Positions 60,869 to 64,000 of a DNA stretch of 64,000 nt are shown in pieces. Within the stretch, counting starts at the first letter, position 1. The number at the start of each line of letters is the position of its first letter. Made by a program: the position numbers and the translations under genes. Where the stretch lies: NCBI RefSeq assembly GCF_009914755.1, contig NC_060934.1. One strand, given 5' to 3'. Source of the stretch: the human T2T-CHM13v2.0 reference genome, Homo sapiens. The notes below the pieces were generated by a model. It worked only from the letters and a program-made list of their open reading frames with translations. It was not told where the DNA came from and searched no databases.

Positions 60869-61309
60869 GGATGGGGGGGTGAAAATTGCACAATTTCTTC
60901 TGACTTTTTTTTAACTTAAATTAACTGAGAAGCCCTAGAGATTATAACTGTTACCTCTAACTGCTTGAGATTCTTGCATAAAGTCTTGTTCCTCCAACAT
61001 GTTACTAGAATAACAGCTCCAGAACTGTTGGTTTGAAGACTAAGTCACTAGCCTCCCTCTAGGTGATGAGTTGAACATCCTCTCATAACAGCAGAAGACT
61101 CAGAGTCTCAGGCCTATCAAGCAACTTAGCCAGTTAGTTAATGGCAACAGAGCCGGGCCTAGCTCAGATCTCCAAATCTAAATCTGGTGTACTCTTCACT
61201 GTACTGAATGAACTTCAAGGTTTCCCTGGATTGTGGGCCAAATCATATCACTCTAAAAGTACCAAGTATGTTCATGGTGGCAGCCATGCAGGAGTTGATT
61301 AGGGGCGCA

Positions 61310-61890
61310 GGGTGGGGGCAGTGAGGGGAAAGCACTCTAAGCAGATGGAAGAGAAAGTGCGGAGGCCCCAACACAGGAATGCTCTTGGCTCAGTCCGAGG
61401 ACAGCAGGACACCAATATGGCTGCAGTGTGGGGATGAAGGGGCAGAGAGAGGGGAGAGGACGTCTGAGATGTGAGTGGAAGCCATATCTCCCCAGGCCCT
61501 GCAGGCCACAGTTATCTCAGCTGCAGCAAGACATGAGTAGAGGACTTTAATTTTAAGCAGCAGGGTGATACAAGCTGTCTGTGCCTTATAAAGACCTCTT
61601 TGGCTGCTCTATGGAGATTGGACAGCGTCCAAGAGATGAGCTGGGGATATTGCTAAAGGGAGTGGTGGTGAGAGGTGGCAAGGGTTGGATTTGCGAAATA
61701 CTTTGGAGTTAGCATGGACAGGACTTGGTAAGTGATTAGCTGGGAGGATAGGGGAGCATGTGGGTGCTGTTTGCTGTAGTATGAGGAATTAGTAGCTCTT
61801 TCGGGGACACAGAAAGATCAAGAAGTCTATTGGATATCCATGCAGAGTCATCAAATTGGCGTTAAATGCAACAATCTGGAACTCAAAGAC
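61310..61890 (-). mobile_element. L2 fragment
   Basis: ggccctgcaggccac...gaggactttaattt...ctttggctgctctatggagattggac. Confidence 0.7.
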
Positions 61891-64000
61891 CTTAAATATT
61901 TAGGAAAATCCAACCTCGCAGAAACAAAGAGTATTCCAGGACTACAGAATAAGTATTCTTTCAGCATAGGTGAGAAGTGAACATTTCAGGAGGAAATCTC
62001 TTCAGATGGCAGGTCAGAGAAAGGCTGGGAGAAGAGGATTAGGAAACAGGGTGAGAGGGGGTATCTAAAAAACACAGTGGGACAAAAATAGCACTTTATG
62101 TAACCTCCCTAGTCCCTAGCACAACTTGTATTAGTCTGTGGAAATTGTATTAAGGAGAAATATTGAAACATTATACATAATACATTGAATTAGTTAGATT
62201 CATTTAACTACTATAGAACATAATCAGCAGTTCATTTACAGTTAACTCTGAAAAGATGTTTAATTCATTTTAATGGTATGAAAAAGAGACTTTACCATGT
62301 TAAATGCAGGTTACAAGTACCAAAAAATTGCAAGCTATGATTTTCAGTGTCAAATTTACAATACAACAGATCTATGGGGTTGGGGAGTAAAGGGGCCAAA
62401 AAAGCCACCAAAATACCCTTTCCTCCCATTATTTCTAGAATTGCTTGAAGTGGCAGCTTTCATGAAGATAAAATTGCTATGCCTCTTCATTAATAACAGT
62501 AGGTTCTCATTTTCAAGTGTATCTCATTCAGCGATAGGGATGGGGGGATGGGGAAAAGTCCTTTTCAGTTTTTGCAGTTAGTCGTAATATGCTTGAATTC
62601 AACGCGCTTTCTCAAAAAAGGCTCATTTATTTGAGTGGCTCTGATTTGAATAAAGTCTCACCTTATCTGAAGCTGCTGAATTGCAGGCGGGATTGATCAT
62701 GGCTTCTTAGAGGGATAAACTCTGAGGAAGGGATTTCCACAGTACAACTACTTGCCTTAAATAGTACAGCTTTGGGACAAAAGCACTTTGCTCTTCTCAG
62801 TCAATAGCAATAGCTCAGTTGGAAATTTTGTTAATGTTAAAAAAAAAAAAACCTGTTAGAGACAACATAGATTGCTATGTTGAAAGAAAATTCTATTATG
62901 TCTGTGACTATTTCCATCTTGTTTTTTTACTATGGCATGTGAAATTGTTTCCTACTTTTATTTTTTGAGAAAAGCATGTGTTGGCTGTTATTTACCAAAA
63001 ACACATGTGAGCCTTCGTGTGTACACACACACTAGAGTTTTGTTTTGCTGTTATGATTCACTGTCTGGCTAACACGTACCATAATTATCCATATTTGTAC
63101 ACATAGCATGGTCTTGTATAATCAAAGATGACACTGTTGAGGCATAAACTCTAAATTGGGGTGTGATCAAGGGAATTTTTTCACAATCCTCTATGGTTGG
63201 ATAAATAGACTGGACTTTGAAGTCTGGACGGACCACTTGAAGTATGTGACCTCCAAAATTCTGCCTTTTTTTTTGTCGTCTCCTGGCAACGTAACATATT
63301 TATACTTTGGCCACTACCTCTCCTTCCAGAAAGGTCTGCTGCTGTTTTAAAGTTTAAAACAACAAATGAGAAAGTTGTCCCGATTGAAAGTTCAGAATTC
63401 CTGAGGTTCTCCTCTCTGCTTTCTGTTTATGTCGACAGATAATAGCAATGCAGACTACAAATAAATCAACAGAAAGAACCCTTCTCTTTTCAGATTAGTG
63501 AGCATGCATCTAGTTATAATGTCATTTTCATTAAGCCCTTTTCACTGTTTAGCAAAGACAACTTGGGGGCAAGTGACGGGAGCAGGGGATGGAAGGAAGT
63601 TGGAAACAAGCTAAGGACAAATGTTCCACGGTGTGAATACGAGCTGGGACTGCAGAAACCTCAGGTCCTTCCATCTGCAATCTGACACCCAGCTACTCCA
63701 GTGGCGTCTGTGCGCTTCTCCCAGAATCACAGAATAACTGGGCACTTAACTGAGATCCCAGGAGCTGCTTTTGAGACCCACGGGGGTCTGGTTTTTCTCC
63801 TCCTGCATTTTGCCTCTCCAGTCTTCTGTCCTACTTTCAAGCAATCTGAACAAGATGGAGAAAGAATTTGAATTTCACATTCTGGGATCTTAGGTTATAC
63901 TTGAAAGCACTTCACATTGACAGCTTTGACGTAAAGGGCACCTTCATTTCTGGCCAGTTTCTCATTCTCAGCACTATGGACATATTGTGCAGGATTGTTC

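Overview
Primate (most likely human or another ape) AT-rich non-coding DNA, intronic or intergenic. I cannot name the locus. I found no protein-coding gene, tRNA, rRNA or recognisable snRNA/snoRNA. Where I could place them, the long ORFs in the track are Alu, L1 or L2 read-throughs or simple repeats, and none of the rest looks like a protein I recognise. The window holds about 43 Alus (J, S and Y types), several 5'-truncated L1s, MaLR/ERVL LTRs (THE1 x2, MLT1 x3, LTR16), DNA-transposon fossils (MER5, MER20, MER63, MER91, Tigger2a), MIR and L2. The best-supported unusual structure is at 12087-13754. There a THE1 LTR is split by an L1PA insertion whose 17-bp target-site duplication (TSD) also encloses a second-poly(A)-terminated ~235-bp 3' transduction. 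That transduced piece appears to be a decayed hAT transposase C-terminus, i.e. an ancient DNA-transposon fragment carried by an L1 into a younger LTR. Other points of note are a perfect palindromic RFX X-box, CpG-retaining and motif-dense unique segments, closely spaced inverted Alus, a ~290-bp pyrimidine tract, and several short inverted repeats that resemble template-switch products. I see no evidence of a wholly new biological system. Repeat subfamily calls were made by eye from remembered consensus features, and boundaries are approximate.
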